Assembly: GCF_009914755.1 (NCBI RefSeq)
Contig: NC_060925.1
DNA length: 64,000 bases
Strand: one strand, 5' to 3'
From: the human T2T-CHM13v2.0 reference genome, Homo sapiens
The notes under the pieces were generated by a model. That model ran no database searches. It was given only the letters and a program-made list of their open reading frames with translations, and was not told the origin of the DNA. This document shows positions 1-15,812 of the stretch, piece by piece (within the stretch, counting starts at the first letter, position 1; each line of letters starts with the position of its first letter). The translations under genes were made by a program, and so were the position numbers.

Positions 1-439
1 AACTGAAGTCCAAAGAGGTTTAACCTGAGGTTACATTGATACTAAGTGGCAGAACAAGGTCACAAATCCAAACCCACTGATTCCACATCCAAAGATATTA
101 ACCAAATTTCTCTTTATGCATAGCTCTTTAAGAACACAGCTATGACAGTGAGGCAGATCATCACAAGCATCATGCCAAACAGAGGGTGCATTCTTAAACA
201 TTCTGTGTGTAATAGCTACCACTGCAAAGTGGATCACGATTTTTGGTAGTTTCTCAATTCCGCCAGGTGCCATCAATAAATAGGCATTAGCAATGTAAGT
301 TTTCAGAATTCAGCTGAGCTCCCAGCTAAGTGAGAAATCCTAGGGCAAGAGGCAGCAACTCTGTTCTGAATTGTATATTTCTTCCTCTTCATGATCTATA
401 AACATTGGTCTAACTTACTGTTAAAAAGAAAGGTTTATA

Positions 440-600
440 GAGAGCTAATGACATGCCAGGCACTCTGATAAGGGTTTATCATGCATGATCTCAATCCTTG
501 AAACAATTCTACAAGGTGGGGCAACATCATGCCCATTTTATAGAGGCATGAATGGAAAGTGCTTCTAGGTCAAGTAACATAACCAAGGTCACACAGATAA
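440..600 (-). mobile_element. MIR SINE fragment
   Basis: Reverse-complement MIR core: tgccaggcact...cccattttataga...aagtaacataaccaaggtcacacag. Confidence 0.7.
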
Positions 601-668
601 TAAAACATTTACAACTGGCTTCTCCCTTGATTTCCTTGCTATAGAGATTAGAAAGCTAAAATATTGCA

Positions 669-932
669 TTTTTTTTTTAGACGGAATCTCGCTCTGTCAC
701 CCAGGCTGGAGTGCAGTGGCGTGTGTGATATTGGCTCACGACAAGCTCCACCTCCTGGGTTCACACCATTCTCCTGCCTCAGCCTCCCGAGTAGCTGGGA
801 CTACAGGTGCCCACCACCATGCCTGGCTAATTTTTTTGTATTTTTTGTAGAGATGGGGTTTCACCATTTTAGCCAGGATGGTCTTGATCTCCTGACCTTG
901 TGATCCGCCCGCCTCGGCTTCCTTCCCAAAGT
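669..932 (-). mobile_element. AluY-like SINE, slightly 5'-truncated
   Basis: Poly-T then Alu reverse complement with Y-type segments (aagctcc, ttcacaccattctcc, gatggtcttgatctcc). TSD taaaatattg at 657-666 and 934-943. Confidence 0.95.
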
Positions 933-959
933 ATAAAATATTGTTTTTTATACTTTCTC

Positions 960-1319
960 TTGCAATAAGAAAGTCTGGTCAATAAGAGGTAAGTCAAAGT
1001 TTCTAGGTGAATCTCCTGGAACAATTTTTTTAAGAGACAGACTCATCTTCCATGCTCTTTGCCTATTCTTCCTGCCTGAAATGTGAACATGAAGCCTGGA
1101 ACTCTAGCATCCATTTTATAACTCCGAGGATGGAAACCACATGATACCAAGACATAGCAGGAAGGAAAAAGGAACTTGGGCTCATAATGGCATTCCTGAG
1201 GAGATTCACAGCCTTAAACTGCCTAGCTCTGAACTTAGATGAGGAAAAATTAATCCCTGATAGCTCACGAAACTTTTGTTTTCTCTTATTTGGAACTATG
1301 CCTAATCCTAATTGATACA
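960..1319 (+). mobile_element. MLT1 (ERVL-MaLR) solo LTR, old subfamily
   Basis: Typical MLT1 segments cttcctgcctgaaatgtgaacatg and gcatccattttat; ends cctaattgataca. Confidence 0.65.
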
Positions 1320-1345
1320 TATGGTGATACTATTGTAATTTTTAC

Positions 1346-1678
1346 TGTTATGGTTTCTTCTGGTTTGTTCTTGAGGTCTCTCTGTTAAGAGTATCCATAA
1401 GCCAAGACAGCCACTCTCCAAGAAAGCCCTAATTTGGGTAGAGGGGGAGGTGGAGTTACATTCAGTTGGGTTTGTCAGGTGAGCCACAATGAGGACATAA
1501 AACCAAAATGCATAAAACAGGAGAAATGTACAACTCACAGGTCCCCAAGAAGTTAGGGGTGCTGACTGGGGAACTGCTGGGAAGTCTGAAGGCAGCAGGA
1601 AGCTCAACCAGTGGACGGACAGTGAGAGGGAGTGAGGAAGTGAGAGAGGGAGAAAGGTGGAAGGAGGGGGAGAGAGAT

Positions 1679-1727
<49 letters not shown>

Positions 1728-2068
1728 CTGTGGGACTACGCCTTTATTAATGTCCATGGGCATTATTCCTTAGGCTTTCCTGTGGGGGTTGCATATTGAT
1801 TTGTTTTTTTTTTTTTAAAAGCACATGCATACGAGAGAACTTATTATTTACATGACTCTGGTGTTGATCACTAGGTTGTATCTTGGCCAGCAGCTGTGGG
1901 GTGTATCTGGCTTTCCATCTTTGAAAGGAGGAACAAACAGGCTGTGTTGAAACAACCACACAGGGAAGGGGAGCTTTAACCTGACCAAAGGCAACAAGGC
2001 AAAACTGGGTTTCGAATAACTGATGTCAGGTTTAAAAATAGATGCCAAAGCAGCAACTATATTAAACA
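1346..2068 (-). mobile_element. ERVL-class solo LTR (MER76-like) with internal (GA)n
   Basis: Termini tgtta...taaaca; sequence resembles recalled MER76-type consensus. No clear TSD. Confidence 0.5.
1670..1724 (+). repeat. (GA)n microsatellite
   Basis: Direct run of gagaga with two gata interruptions. Confidence 0.95.
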
Positions 2069-3644
2069 AGTTTATGACAGATATGAAATTCAAATCTGAG
2101 ACTATCAGACTCTAGACTCAAGTTTTTAGCTATTATATCTGCCTCTTTCCTAAATTCTACTATTTTCCCAGTAGAAAAGGACAAAGCATTAATGTTGAGT
2201 AGATAGGAGGGAAGGATTACTTAGTGCAGCTAGGGCATATACCATTCCTCCCACTCTCTCTCCCCTATCACACCTATAACCAACACAATGCTAACCAGAG
2301 ATTTCAAGGATTCAGATATCTTAAGGACCCTTTTCCACTCTCTCACTCCTAGAAAGGATGGGTCACTCCACAGATGACATGAATGCTATTTCTACAGCTT
2401 AATATCACTTGGTCCTGGGGGAAGGAGAAAGGAGGAAACTTCAAAAACTTAGTTTCATTCATTACTTAAACAATGATTAGAAGAAAAGCATCTGTCCTGC
2501 TGATCCTTCAGAGGGTTGAGTGATGACCAAATGCAGTCCCTGATAGTTTTCTCGTTCACACATAGTAAGAGCAGCTGTTTTCAGCACCTTGGAGAGGGTT
2601 TATACTTTTCTGACTTTAAAACCTTGAGACAACGCAGAGATCTCCTGAGACTTTTCCGGATGACTTGTGGCATAACCTGCACTTTATGGGGTCTGAATCA
2701 AGGATGTTGGCATCCAAGAGATTTTCTCAGCCTGTGTGGGGAGTTGACCTGACCTGCTTTCAACCAGCTACTAAGGTCACATAGCAAGTTTGAGAACTTG
2801 CGTAGTGTACCACTGCCAAGAAAGGCATAGATGAAAGAGAACACTGAGAACAGTGCCTGGCATATGCTAGGAGTTCAATGTTATTGTTTAATAAATGAAT
2901 CAATGCTGTATATCTATCACCAGTAATTGTACCAATATCTTATGAGGACTAAATAAGATAATGCTTGCTTAACAAAATGCTAAAATATAAGATATGCATA
3001 ATAACTGTTAGCTATAATCCTAAGAAAACTACCTAAAATGTGAACAAAGATGTTTATCACAGCATTGTTTATAATACAAAAGTAGAAACAACATAAATAT
3101 GTAAAAATATCATAATCCATATGATGGAGTAAAGGAGCCATGAAATGATGTTTTCAAAGTTCCTTTGTGATAGGATGGTACTGATTGAGATGTTTACCCT
3201 TAGGAATAGTGCAGTTTACAGCAGAGACAGAGAACTGTCAAAAACAAAGTGACTAAATATTATAGGGGCTGAGTTTAAAGGGAATCTGATTTTCAATCTT
3301 GAGATTCCTCATACCAACAGAGTTGACAAAACTAGAATTGATTTGGTGGCTTTTTATCACTGAGATATAAAATAAAGCTACCTTTTAATGAAGAACAGTG
3401 TTATGAAGAAAATTTACTCATTTTTATCTCTCCATGGAAGAGGAGATGAAGAAAATTTAACTTATTCTCATCTTCAAACCAAAAGAGGGGATCCCAGTGG
3501 GTATCTCCAAGAGGGAGAGACTAACATCTTATTCCAAGGTTCTGCCATAGCTGGAGACAGAACACTGCAGGGTGTAGGGAGAGGTTTTGTGGTATGGTCA
3601 AGTGATGAGGGACAAGAACATCACCTGGGTGCCCACTAGACATT

Positions 3645-4011
<367 letters not shown>

Positions 4012-4619
4012 TAGATATTTCTTATACCCACTGGCCATAGAGTAGGGCCATAGAGAGTATATAAGCATGGCAGGAATGCTGAAGTTTGAGACAAAAGGGA
4101 GTAGCATGGGGATGGTCCCCACATCAGTACGACTTGCAGGGTCCCCTGCCCATCCACGCAGACCTAGTGACTAAGAGCCAGACTAGCGGTGATGACCAAC
4201 AGGAAGGGGCAGCAACTTGCCAAAGGTAGTCATGTAGGTAGGTGTTTTTTTTCCTTTTACTCCCCTACATATCCCTATACAGCAGGGGGTAAAGGCAGGG
4301 AAAAGAGAGGGTATGAATAAGAATGCACAGATTCTCCTTCTGCTCCCTCTTTACTTTTTAGTATAAGCTGCAACTGCAGCCCACCCTTTGCGGATAAGAG
4401 GAAATCTGAGGACATTCATGAATCAATTAAATACAAAATTAAATGTTTTAAATATGAAAGACTAAGCTTAAAACCAAAACAATGCCACCTTAATAACTGA
4501 ATGTGACTGAAAGCTATGGAACTGGATAGTGTTGTCAAGAATCTCTTTTCCCCAGTGAGAGAGAGATGGATTTGACATGGCACAGTAATCGGGAAATATT
4601 GTAAAAGTAAAAGCATTCC

Positions 4620-4870
4620 ATGTTTAAAACCTGGTGAGTTTGAGATTTTATCATCAAACTTGTTATAGCCCTAATGTAAAGTGCAAAAATCAAAATATAA
4701 AATTGTATATGTGGTAAGCTTCCATTTTGTAAAATATACAAAAGGCTCAAAGAAAATACATGAGAATGATATGGGTAGATGGAATGATGAGTAATTTTAA
4801 TTTTCTTCTTCATGTCTTTTTTATTTTCCAAACTTCCTCAGTGGGTACGTATCACTTTTATAAGCAGGAA
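4620..4870 (+). mobile_element. Degraded old L1 (L1ME/MC-type) 3' end fragment
   Basis: A-rich sequence with ccattttgtaaaa and an ending gtatcacttttataagcaggaaaaaa typical of old L1 3' ends. Confidence 0.4.
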
Positions 4871-6519
4871 AAAATATCCAGAAAACGTTTGTTTGCTGTG
4901 TAAGTTTCTTCCTCTGAGGTCCCACACTTTAGGGCAGGTGCCCCACCATTCTTGGCTGCCCTAGTGCTAAAGTTCCCTTCAAGGACAGAGAGACAAGTCT
5001 TACTCGGGAATGAAATAAGGTATCTGTCTAACCAAGATCCTATTTTAGATGTTGATTTTAGTGTTTGTGAAACCTTTACTTTAGGGATGCTGGGTCATAG
5101 CAATCCCAGGAGCTGGACCCTCAAAACTCTATGGCCTTCCCCTTGGAGTCTCTGAAAACTTTTAAAAGAACCACATTCTCAGGAGCAACGGACTACTGTG
5201 TCAACCGCAGTTGGTTTTCCTAGGGCCAGAATAGCAGAATAGCATGTGCTTGTTGTACATCCTGAGCAGCCTGGTGGGATTTTATCCATATAAATAATCC
5301 ACATGATGTCAGCTCTGATTTTTCGTCCCTTGATATGGAAGTATGAATGGAATAAGGTTAGCGAAACAGGACTTTTCTAAGACATAGCTGTTTGCCTGAA
5401 GATGAAGCTTGAGTAAAATGGTCTCCACAAAGCTGCTGCTCTAACACCTGCAATACAGGCATCCAGAGGTGCTCAGAAGCAGTTAAACGGTTGGAACTAT
5501 GCAAAGGCCACTGGCTTCACTAAGGGAAGCCAGGAGAAAAGGATAGTCATAAGGGTTTGAGAGAAGGCAATAAGATGAGACTGCATTTCTGCCAACAATG
5601 AATTTTATTTGTCTCCAAGAATTTATGCCATTTTAAATCCATTTCTATCAACAAAGAACTACAAAGAAGGAAAAGTAGCAGCATGCCAGAGAGAGAAATA
5701 CTCAAAGACTCTGATCATTGCTGGGCTGTCACTTCAGAAAGTGCCTGTGTGTCCTGCCCTGCTTTTGGAAGATTTGGGAGGTTATAACAAGTGCTCTCTC
5801 TCCAGATTCTGAGTGTCTAACACCTTCTAAGAGGGATCAAAGCCTTTAATAAAATTAAAATGGAAGACTTGTGTAACCATGCCTCTGGGAGAGAGTAAAC
5901 AGTTCCTTAGAATTACATTAAGGTGTAAATGACCAATGTAATTTCAGATCCTATGCTGAAAGCCAGTTTTCATGGCAGGTGAAGAGTAGTGATTAGGAGG
6001 TGGAGTGCCTGGAGGAGAGAAAAGAATCTACCTGCTAAGAAGGGAAAAAGGACAAAAGAGGGAGGCTCAGGGCAGCAAACTCAAACTAACTTCACCCTCT
6101 GGCTTATAATTGGTGCAGTTCCCAGGAGGATACAGAAAACTCCTGCTTTGGGAGTGTCAGACTGTGCCCAATTGGCCCTTTAGATAGTATGTTCAACTAG
6201 TGTTAATTTTTTAAGTGAGCTATACAAGAGCTTGGGGAAGAATCAGGAGATACAGAGTTAGGGACATCTACCTGCACAGTAATTACAAGACTAGCTACAA
6301 TTTGCAAATCATTTATACTTCCTTTTTGGAGTGCTTTTTCATTATTGGCAATGTCTCCTTGACACTGCCTCTATGAATTATCCTCATTCTTTGACCACAG
6401 TATTTGGCTTTGTCATATACATGGGCCATTAGCCAGAGCTTGGAAAGCTTTTGTTGTATATAGAGATTTCTATCACAGGGATGTCCAGTCAAAAAGTTGT
6501 GATGTGATTTCCCCCAATT

Positions 6520-8315
<1,796 letters not shown>

Positions 8316-8977
8316 TAGGCTGATTTTTTTCCCTTGTGGATTGAGAAGCAAAAGAACTAATAACTGTGGGTATTCATTGTGAATAATGAATATCTTTGAA
8401 ATGTTTATCATTGTTTTTGAAAATGAAAACCAGTGCATTTTTTCCCTCCTATCCTTCCTCTTCTCTTTCCACCCTGGTTCTTCTTAACCCCTGAAAAATT
8501 TATTGACATTCCTCAAAAGTGCCAAAAACATGGAAGGACTCTTGTAGGAAGGTGGAGGAGTGAGGAGTGCTCAGCAGGTTGCACATTTGTTTAAGATTTA
8601 CTCCCAACTGAACATGCATGGAAAATCAATACCATGTTTACTTTATTATGGGACAGCAGCTCAAAAAGGAAAACTCACTCATTCCAATGAGTATCAAAGT
8701 CAGCAATGTCAATGGAGAGGCAAACAGATGTTCCCAATTCTAAACATTTCAGGTGAAGGGGCAGGGATTCTGGATTGAGTTAATAAAGGAGTAGAGAGCA
8801 GCTAGGGAGGCATTTTATTTCTAATACATTGGAAAAGCCACTCTGTGAGTAACATCAAGAAAAACAGTGTGCATGGGAGCTGGAGGAAAGACCTGGTAGA
8901 TATCAGTATCTTCATATAAGGGCTTCTTTCCCTGTGGTTCAGAATCCTGGCAGAGAAGTCAGGCTAACCATGGGAAG

Positions 8978-9592
8978 TGTAAGGGCGGAAAGGGATCACC
9001 CCCTTTCCTCCCCATCACAAGGGTCGTGGCCAGCACTCCTGTAACAAAGGACAGGTTAACAAGAAAAAAGCACAACAAATTGATTTGATGATAGTTTTAC
9101 ATAACATGGGAGCTTTCAGAATGAAGACTCCAAGACACAGGGTAGCTATCTGACTGTATGCTTAGGTTCAATGAAGCAGGGATGGTTGTCTAGAAATGTG
9201 ATTTTACAAAAAGGGTATGATCTAATGGTAATAGACTGAGTGGAAAACCAAGCAAGGCCTGTCCAGATTCTCCTTGGCCTCTCTGTCATAGCCTTTCTTC
9301 TTCCCATGTATGGGATAGGACCCCTCTGGAATGAGGGTCTTACTTCCTTTATGACCAGCTGTTACACAGAAAGAAATGAGAAGGTTAGAGTAATATTTGT
9401 AGGCTTTATGGCTGGTTTGGTAAGGGGAAGGGGTTCTGATTTCTATGACCCACATTAGGGAAGAGAAATTCTAGTTTCTATGGCTGCCATGGGGGAGGAT
9501 GAGAGGTGAGAGACAGGAGGGCAGGAGAAGGTAAGAAAAAAACTTTGCCTTGGAGGCTTTCACTTTGGGTTATCATTTTCTGAGCTCCAACA
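8978..9592 (-). mobile_element. MER39-like ERV1 solo LTR
   Basis: TG...CA termini; minus strand starts tgttggagctcagaaaatgataacccaaa; exact 4-bp TSD GAAG at 8974-8977 and 9593-9596. Confidence 0.85.
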
Positions 9593-9979
9593 GAAGAAAA
9601 AATAAATATTTAAACTGAGACAGAAACCCAAGATAGTGGTGCTTGTGAACCAAGTGGGCTTTTTCCTGAATGAGAAGCACATCAGGAAATATCTGTCCTT
9701 AGGCAAATCAGTCCTTGGCTGGGGTGGGAGGTAGCAGCAAAGACCCAAATCCTTAATGGCCCAGAGTACTCCTCTCTATGAGGGACCAATAGACCAATGC
9801 TGCTCCAACTTCTGCCACAATTTCAAATTGTGTGCTAATGATTTCACTGGAGGTTCTTTAAACACCTCAAACCCAACAGATTGTCTCTTTGAAACCCTCA
9901 TCTATAAAAATCTCCATTTCCCCCTATTTTCCTGTTCCTCTTGCTGTCCTGCACTCGCCTTTACTCCTTCCCTCTCTGT

Positions 9980-10650
9980 ATACAATCAGATGGCAAGTCT
10001 TTCCTGTCCAGTTTCACTGCCACTGCCTTTGCTTAGGCCATTATCCCTGTGATTAGATTTCTTTATTACAAAGGCCTGTTGGTCTGTACAACAGATGCCT
10101 AATACCTCAATTCCTCTATGTGGCTATTGGAGTTACTTCTGACCATTTCCCCCAACCTTAAAAACCTTCAAAGTCTCCCCATTGCACCCACTATAAAATC
10201 CAGACTCCTTATTCTCTAACACTTATTATTCATTCTCAAGTATGCTCTCTAATCTGTAAAGTTCTTTCTATTTTGACCACAATGTACATTTTCAGCATTT
10301 TGTCTCCTGTTTACCTCACCCAGGTTCCTTTATCCGAGCCCAAATATTGCTTTTGCATTGCCATTTTTATACTGTCTGTTAGCCTTGAAAAATGTTATCT
10401 TCAAAATGAATACATCCCTCCAAACCTTCCTTCCCTGCCCCTAACCCAGGTGATCTCCCCCATATCAGTTCCCTTGCACTTGATATCTCTAGTGAGATAC
10501 TAGGGACTTGCTTCCTTGCACTGTAATGTACATGTACTATCAACCCAACACTAGCCTGCAAGTATGTTTAGGGAAAAGACTGCATCTTATTGTATTAGCA
10601 TTCCCACCATATTAATGTAGTGCCATGCTCATAGAAGAAGGCAAGAGTGA
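9980..10650 (+). mobile_element. Degraded L2 fragment
   Basis: aaaaccttcaaagtctccccattgc...ataaaatccagactcctt, followed by an L2-like 3' end. Confidence 0.55.
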
Positions 10651-11224
10651 ATAGAATAATAGAAGAACAGACTCCTGGGACTTTAAGGAGGATGCCTCAC
10701 CTTGGACCAAGGTTCTCTAGAAGTATGGTCTTCAGTGTCACCCACCTAAAAAGTTCTCTTTCTTGGCACCCCCACTTGCCTCACACCCACCCCCTAACAC
10801 AGCCACAAATAAATTTGAATTAGGAGATAGGCAGGACTGGGTAAGACCAGAATGTTGTCCTGGGCTAGGTGATTTAGGAATAATTTTGGAAGGAGAGCAA
10901 GGTGATATTTCAATTGGGGTGGAGGAAGAAGGGAAAGCATTCAGAGAAAGAGGTGGCAGATGAATAAACACAGAATTGCAGAGGGAGTGGTGTGGTTGTG
11001 ATAGAGGACAGGGAGAAATTTCTCTTGGCTGGAGCAGAATCTCCACAACGGGAAATGGGGGGAAATGAGAATGTTCAGATGGGATGGAGTGGGGTCCACA
11101 TAGGGGCCCTAAAGTTCAGACAAAGCAAATCAGAGACTTTCTTCTCCAAGGCCTACTGCTCAGCTTATCTGCAGGGACTCGCTTGCTCAGGAAGTTTAAT
11201 GTCAAGTTTAAACATGTGAGAATG

Positions 11225-11420
11225 ACCAGGTAATAATTCTAGCTCTGCTACTTCCTAGCTTATCTGGCATTGGGAAAGTAGTTTAATCTCTTTCTGTCTC
11301 AGTTTTCTCATCTTTAAAATAAGTACATAATAGCGCCTACTTTTTAGGATTATTATAGGATTAAATGAGTAAAGCACTTAGAATAGTGCCACAGCTATGT
11401 AAGCTAATTATTAGCTTATA
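11225..11420 (+). mobile_element. MIR SINE
   Basis: Core ctctttctgtctcagttttctcatctttaaaat...ggattaaatgag...gcacttagaatagtgcc. Confidence 0.8.
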
Positions 11421-12684
11421 ATATTATTAGATAATAATATTTTATTATTCCTGGGGAGACCCCAAGACTAGATCCAATACTTGACATCATAACATTTGTC
11501 AAAGCAGAAAAATCTCAGGTATTTTTTATACCAGAAAATATCTCTTAACATTTTTAATAAAGTCATACAAAACAGTACCAAAGCTGGGGGAAGGGCAAAG
11601 CCAAGACTCTAAAGCCAAATGTGGAGACCCATGTGGGGTCCTGATCCGGGAAGCCAACCCAGGAAGGCATCTGAGACAAGGCCTTGAAAGATGCTACCAG
11701 TTCCAGCCGGGACAGGACTTAGCCGAGAATGAGTGTCTGCCCTGGGGACAGGAAGAGGGGCAGAGCGGGCTCCCCCAACCCCTGCCTGGAGTGCTGGGGA
11801 GAGGTGCTGAGCTGAGCCTCATTAGCAAGAAGAAGCTGACTTCAGAGACCACACATCCTTGTGCCATCTCAGAAACGCTCTGAGAAAGTCAGTAAACAGG
11901 TATTTGGGGAGGCTTTTAAAAAATCCCTGTGAACACATTCTTAGCTAAGAATATAAGTTGAGAGAAAGGAGCTGCCAACTTGTGAGAGGGGCTGAATATT
12001 ATGAAGAGAATATTACATCCCCCTCTGGGAAAGATGACTGACACAGCAAAGAAACTTAATGAGACTCAATATCCTGCTTCCTCTCGCTGCTCCTTTGCAG
12101 AGATTGGAACGCAAATCTCTGGAGTGGGGGAGGTTATTTGATGCAGGGTAAAAAGCAAGGTGTTTTGCAGCAAGTGTTTGTTAAGTTTTCCTTGGGCTTA
12201 AAAGGCCAGCAGGGGCCTTTCTTTGCAAAACAAGAAGTAAGGGAAAAACAAAGCCTGTGTGTTGAGATCCTGCAAAGTTTACCTTTTCATTAATTCTTCA
12301 GAAACTACAAGAAAGGAGACCTCAGTCCTGACATGATGCCATCAGTTCTTCCAAGTGTCCCTGAAGGGGCTGGGCTATACCATTTGCAGGGCACAGCTCC
12401 CCAAGTAGAGGAAACACGAGCCAAGTTGGACAGACTTTCTTCTCACCAGGTAGCTGGAAAGAGCATCTCTTTTCTATTTACCAGGGAGGGAAGTAGCAAT
12501 AAAAAACTTATCTAGGTGATTTGGGGGCAGAGATTAACATGATTCAACTGCCTCCAAATACAGTGTGCCAAATACTGAGGTAGGCATAATGTATAAATTA
12601 TCTCTTATGAATGCAAAGATAAGATTCTAACCTTAGCTGAATTGATACATGATTAATTGAAAAGAAACAGAGAGAGACAGAATG

Positions 12685-12771
12685 AGGGAGGGAGGAAGGA
12701 GGAAGGAAGGAAGGAAGGAAGGAGGAAGGAAGGAAGGAAGGAAGGAAGAAGGAAGGAAGGAAGGGAGGGAA
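12685..12771 (+). repeat. (GGAA)n-rich purine microsatellite
   Basis: About 15 GGAA units, with uninterrupted runs of 5, 6 and 3. Confidence 0.95.
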
Positions 12772-12964
12772 TGATCTTACAGTTAAATAGACATCAAATC
12801 CTGGGTTGGCCCTGACAGTGCTAACAAGCTAGGCCTTCAGTTTCCTCCCCTAAAAATCAAGATTGTTGTTAGGTGGATGTGAAAGTTCCTAGCACAGAAC
12901 CTCTTGTATAGTAGGTGCTCAGGAAATGCTTGCTTATTTATTAATTTGCCTAAAAGGTAAGGTT

Positions 12965-13170
12965 GTAGTTGTGGGAAGAGTGATATTCAGAATCTGCAGA
13001 CCTGAATTCAAGTTTGACGTTGCCACTCATTAACTGCATGACTTTATGCAAATCATTCAGTCTCTCTAGGCTTCAAATTTCTCCTTCTTGATAAAAAAAA
13101 ATCTATCAAATAGGATTGTTGTGAAGGTGAAATGAAATAATATCTGTAAAATGCTTAGCACAGTGACTTG
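12965..13170 (+). mobile_element. MIR SINE
   Basis: gacctgaattcaag...gccactcattaactgcatgactt...ggattgttgtgaagg...aatgcttagcacagtgacttg. Confidence 0.75.
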
Positions 13171-14474
13171 CCTTTTGAAAACTCTCTGTAAACAGTACTT
13201 AGTACCAGCTGCTTGGTGAAAGGGGTTTGGGGGTGGGAATGTGTAGAGAGCAGTTAGCATCCCGGTCATTTAAATAGTTACATGTACCGATTCCAAATAT
13301 CTCAGCTTCATCTTGCATGAACGTGTAATGCTATAACTAACCTGGCAGTTACAAAAGTGGAAGTCCACCACCTAATTGAGCTTTCATTATGATTGGTGAG
13401 GGCCAGTGAGTGGGGAAATGCTGCAAAGCTGCTCCCAAGGAATCTGCTGGGCCATCTACACAGGAGCCTGCTGATCCTCCCAACTCAGGCAGAAAAAGTG
13501 TTCGGAGCTCCGGGAGATCTGTTTCTACTTATGGTACTGTAACATCCAACTTGGAAAACACTGTTCACCCACCACTCATTGCAAAGAAGAATGTGTGGGC
13601 ACCACAGACCACACACCAAATTGTCTTGCTGAAAAAGAAACAGCTAGACAGTCTCTCTTTACTGCAGACACAGTGGTATCACTGAGGGAGCATTTAGGGG
13701 AAGAAAGAGAAGGGAAAAAAGAGAAGGCAGCTAGCTGACTTTTCTGCACCATCCACAGAGACCTGTCCTCGAGGGCACTCCCCTCCGGATTCCCAGCACT
13801 TGGCAAGCTGGGGAGTTGGGATGCTCGAAGTTTTGCAGTCTCATCTTTCATCTTCAATGACAGTTTGAGTTTATTAAGAAGTAGGTACTGCATCTCTCCT
13901 GCCAGGTCTTGGGGAAGGTTGAAGTTGATTAATGCTCATGGGGCCAGATAGAAGAGGGAGCCTGTGGTTTGGCCATCACACAGAGAGGAAAATGAGGTCA
14001 AATGGTATCTAAAGGGTAGCAAAGGGTGCAAAGTAGGCCCTGCAGGAACACCCCCTGCAGATTACCCTCTTTTGAAGTCACATGAACACAGTCAACCCAG
14101 GGCTTTTTTGGTTTATAGAGTCTCAGCTGACGTTCATTATGTTTGCTACCAGCTCCTTTGATTGGGACAGTCTTACATTTTGGAAAACATCATGTGATAC
14201 GATGAGTGGTTGCCAATTTACCTTCCAGTGCTTTTTTGACCTGGATGAACTGAGTTCTGGAAGGAGCTATCTTGGAAAAAGCCTAATAGAGTTTTAATTC
14301 TTGCAAGGAATATCCATTGAAGAGGTAATTGCAAGGCGATTACCCTCAGCATGGCTAAGAGAAGATCTGAGTTGATCTCGCCATTCCTTTCCTTACTGTC
14401 TGTTGGACTTGGAAAAGTCGGTTATCCCATCTGAGCCTTGGTTTCTACATCTGTAAAAAGAAAAAAATAATAAT

Positions 14475-15081
14475 TATAGGGGCCAAGGGAAAACTTCCCG
14501 TCTGACTTCTGAAGGTTCACTGAAAAATCAACTGACAAAAGGCAGATTAATAGGAAAAATGGCACACAAATTTATTAGTGTTCACAGGGGAAATCACAGA
14601 GTTATTACCCCACCACACATGAAGATGGTACAGATAACCATCTTCTTAGGGGAAAGAGAAATGGGGAAGTGTAAATGATTTTAGAGGAATAGTAAATGAT
14701 TTTTAGGGGAATTCAATGGAATTGGGACAAAGTCTGTTGGACCCACAGACCAGACAATTGTTGTGATAAAAGTCTGTCCAGATTTGTTGATAGACTTCAG
14801 TCTTTCTTCCTGTATTATGAGTTCAGTTACTGAAAATTCAGGAAAGGGACCAGACATAATTGTTTTCTTCTTTGGTGGGTCCCAAGTTTAGGCAGATAAA
14901 GAACCTTCAGGAAACAACCTCATCCTGTGATTTGGGAGAGACAAAAGGCTGAGAGACAGAAAATGGGGGCAGGTGGGAAATGTAAGTGTCAGAGAGATAC
15001 TGAGGCTTCTTCTTCAGTTAAGCATGTTAATCTTCTTCAGTTAAGCACCATATTTTGGGGTATCAATTTCTGAGCCTAACA
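14475..15081 (-). mobile_element. MER34/MER39/MER93-group ERV1 solo LTR inserted at the end of a MIR
   Basis: Minus strand starts tgttaggctcagaaattgataccccaaaatatgg; upstream 14345-14474 is MIR-like; internal duplication of cttcttcagttaagca near 15010-15047. Confidence 0.75.
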
Positions 15082-15213
15082 CCACTCATCCAATTGAAAT
15101 TAACAGATATTTATTGATCAATAGAATTATGTGCCAAGAATCATGTTAGGGATTCCAAGATAAATAAGATGTGGCTCCTACCCTCAAGGAGCTTACAGTC
15201 TAGTCTTCCTACT

Positions 15214-15812
15214 TGTGTCAGACATTCGTATGCACTACTTCAGGTTCTCTTGGAGTCATCGATATCTTGCCTCACCTGCTACTGAGGTTTCCAGCTTTAT
15301 GTGGGTTCCAGCTGACTTTACATAGGCACGGGCTGATAGTGCTTTATCTCATGCCCTTGCTGCATAACTCTTGCCTCCTTCAAGGCTTTCTTGTTGACAC
15401 TGAGGCATGGAACATTTCTGGCCCCTGCTTGGTACCTACTTATATGAAACACAGAAACTTCGTTCTGAGTTTTGGAAGAGACAAAGGACTGAGAGGCAGG
15501 AAGTGGGCGGGGTGTAATTGGGGGTAAATCTTTGACCATTACATAACGAAATTAATCGGCAAATTGTTCCTCAGTTCTCTGCCTGAAACAATCTTGCTAA
15601 GATGCAGTTTAAATGACTTCTCGGAGGACTATCCTGTGAAGTCAAGTAATCGTCACAGTTAGCAGCTGCTAGTTGATAAAACATCCTCATAATTTGTCCC
15701 TGCTTCACCCTCTTGATATCATTCTTGTTCCCTGGGATGGAACTCCCTAATAAAGTAAAAGCACATAAGTCTTTTTGGCAGTCTTGTACTCTGGGGAACC
15801 CAGGATAAGACA
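15214..15812 (+). mobile_element. 5' LTR (LTR33-like)
   Basis: tgt...ccctaataaa...ggggaacccaggataagaca, immediately followed by the PBS. Confidence 0.8.

Noticed and set aside
664-903. 79-aa ORF, and similar ORFs at 3521-3808 and 7978-8289
   Set aside because: Translations of Alu sequence ([18 protein letters not shown]), not genes.
1308-1763. 151-aa minus-strand ORF
   Set aside because: Kept open by the (GA)n tract (SLSLSL) inside an LTR.
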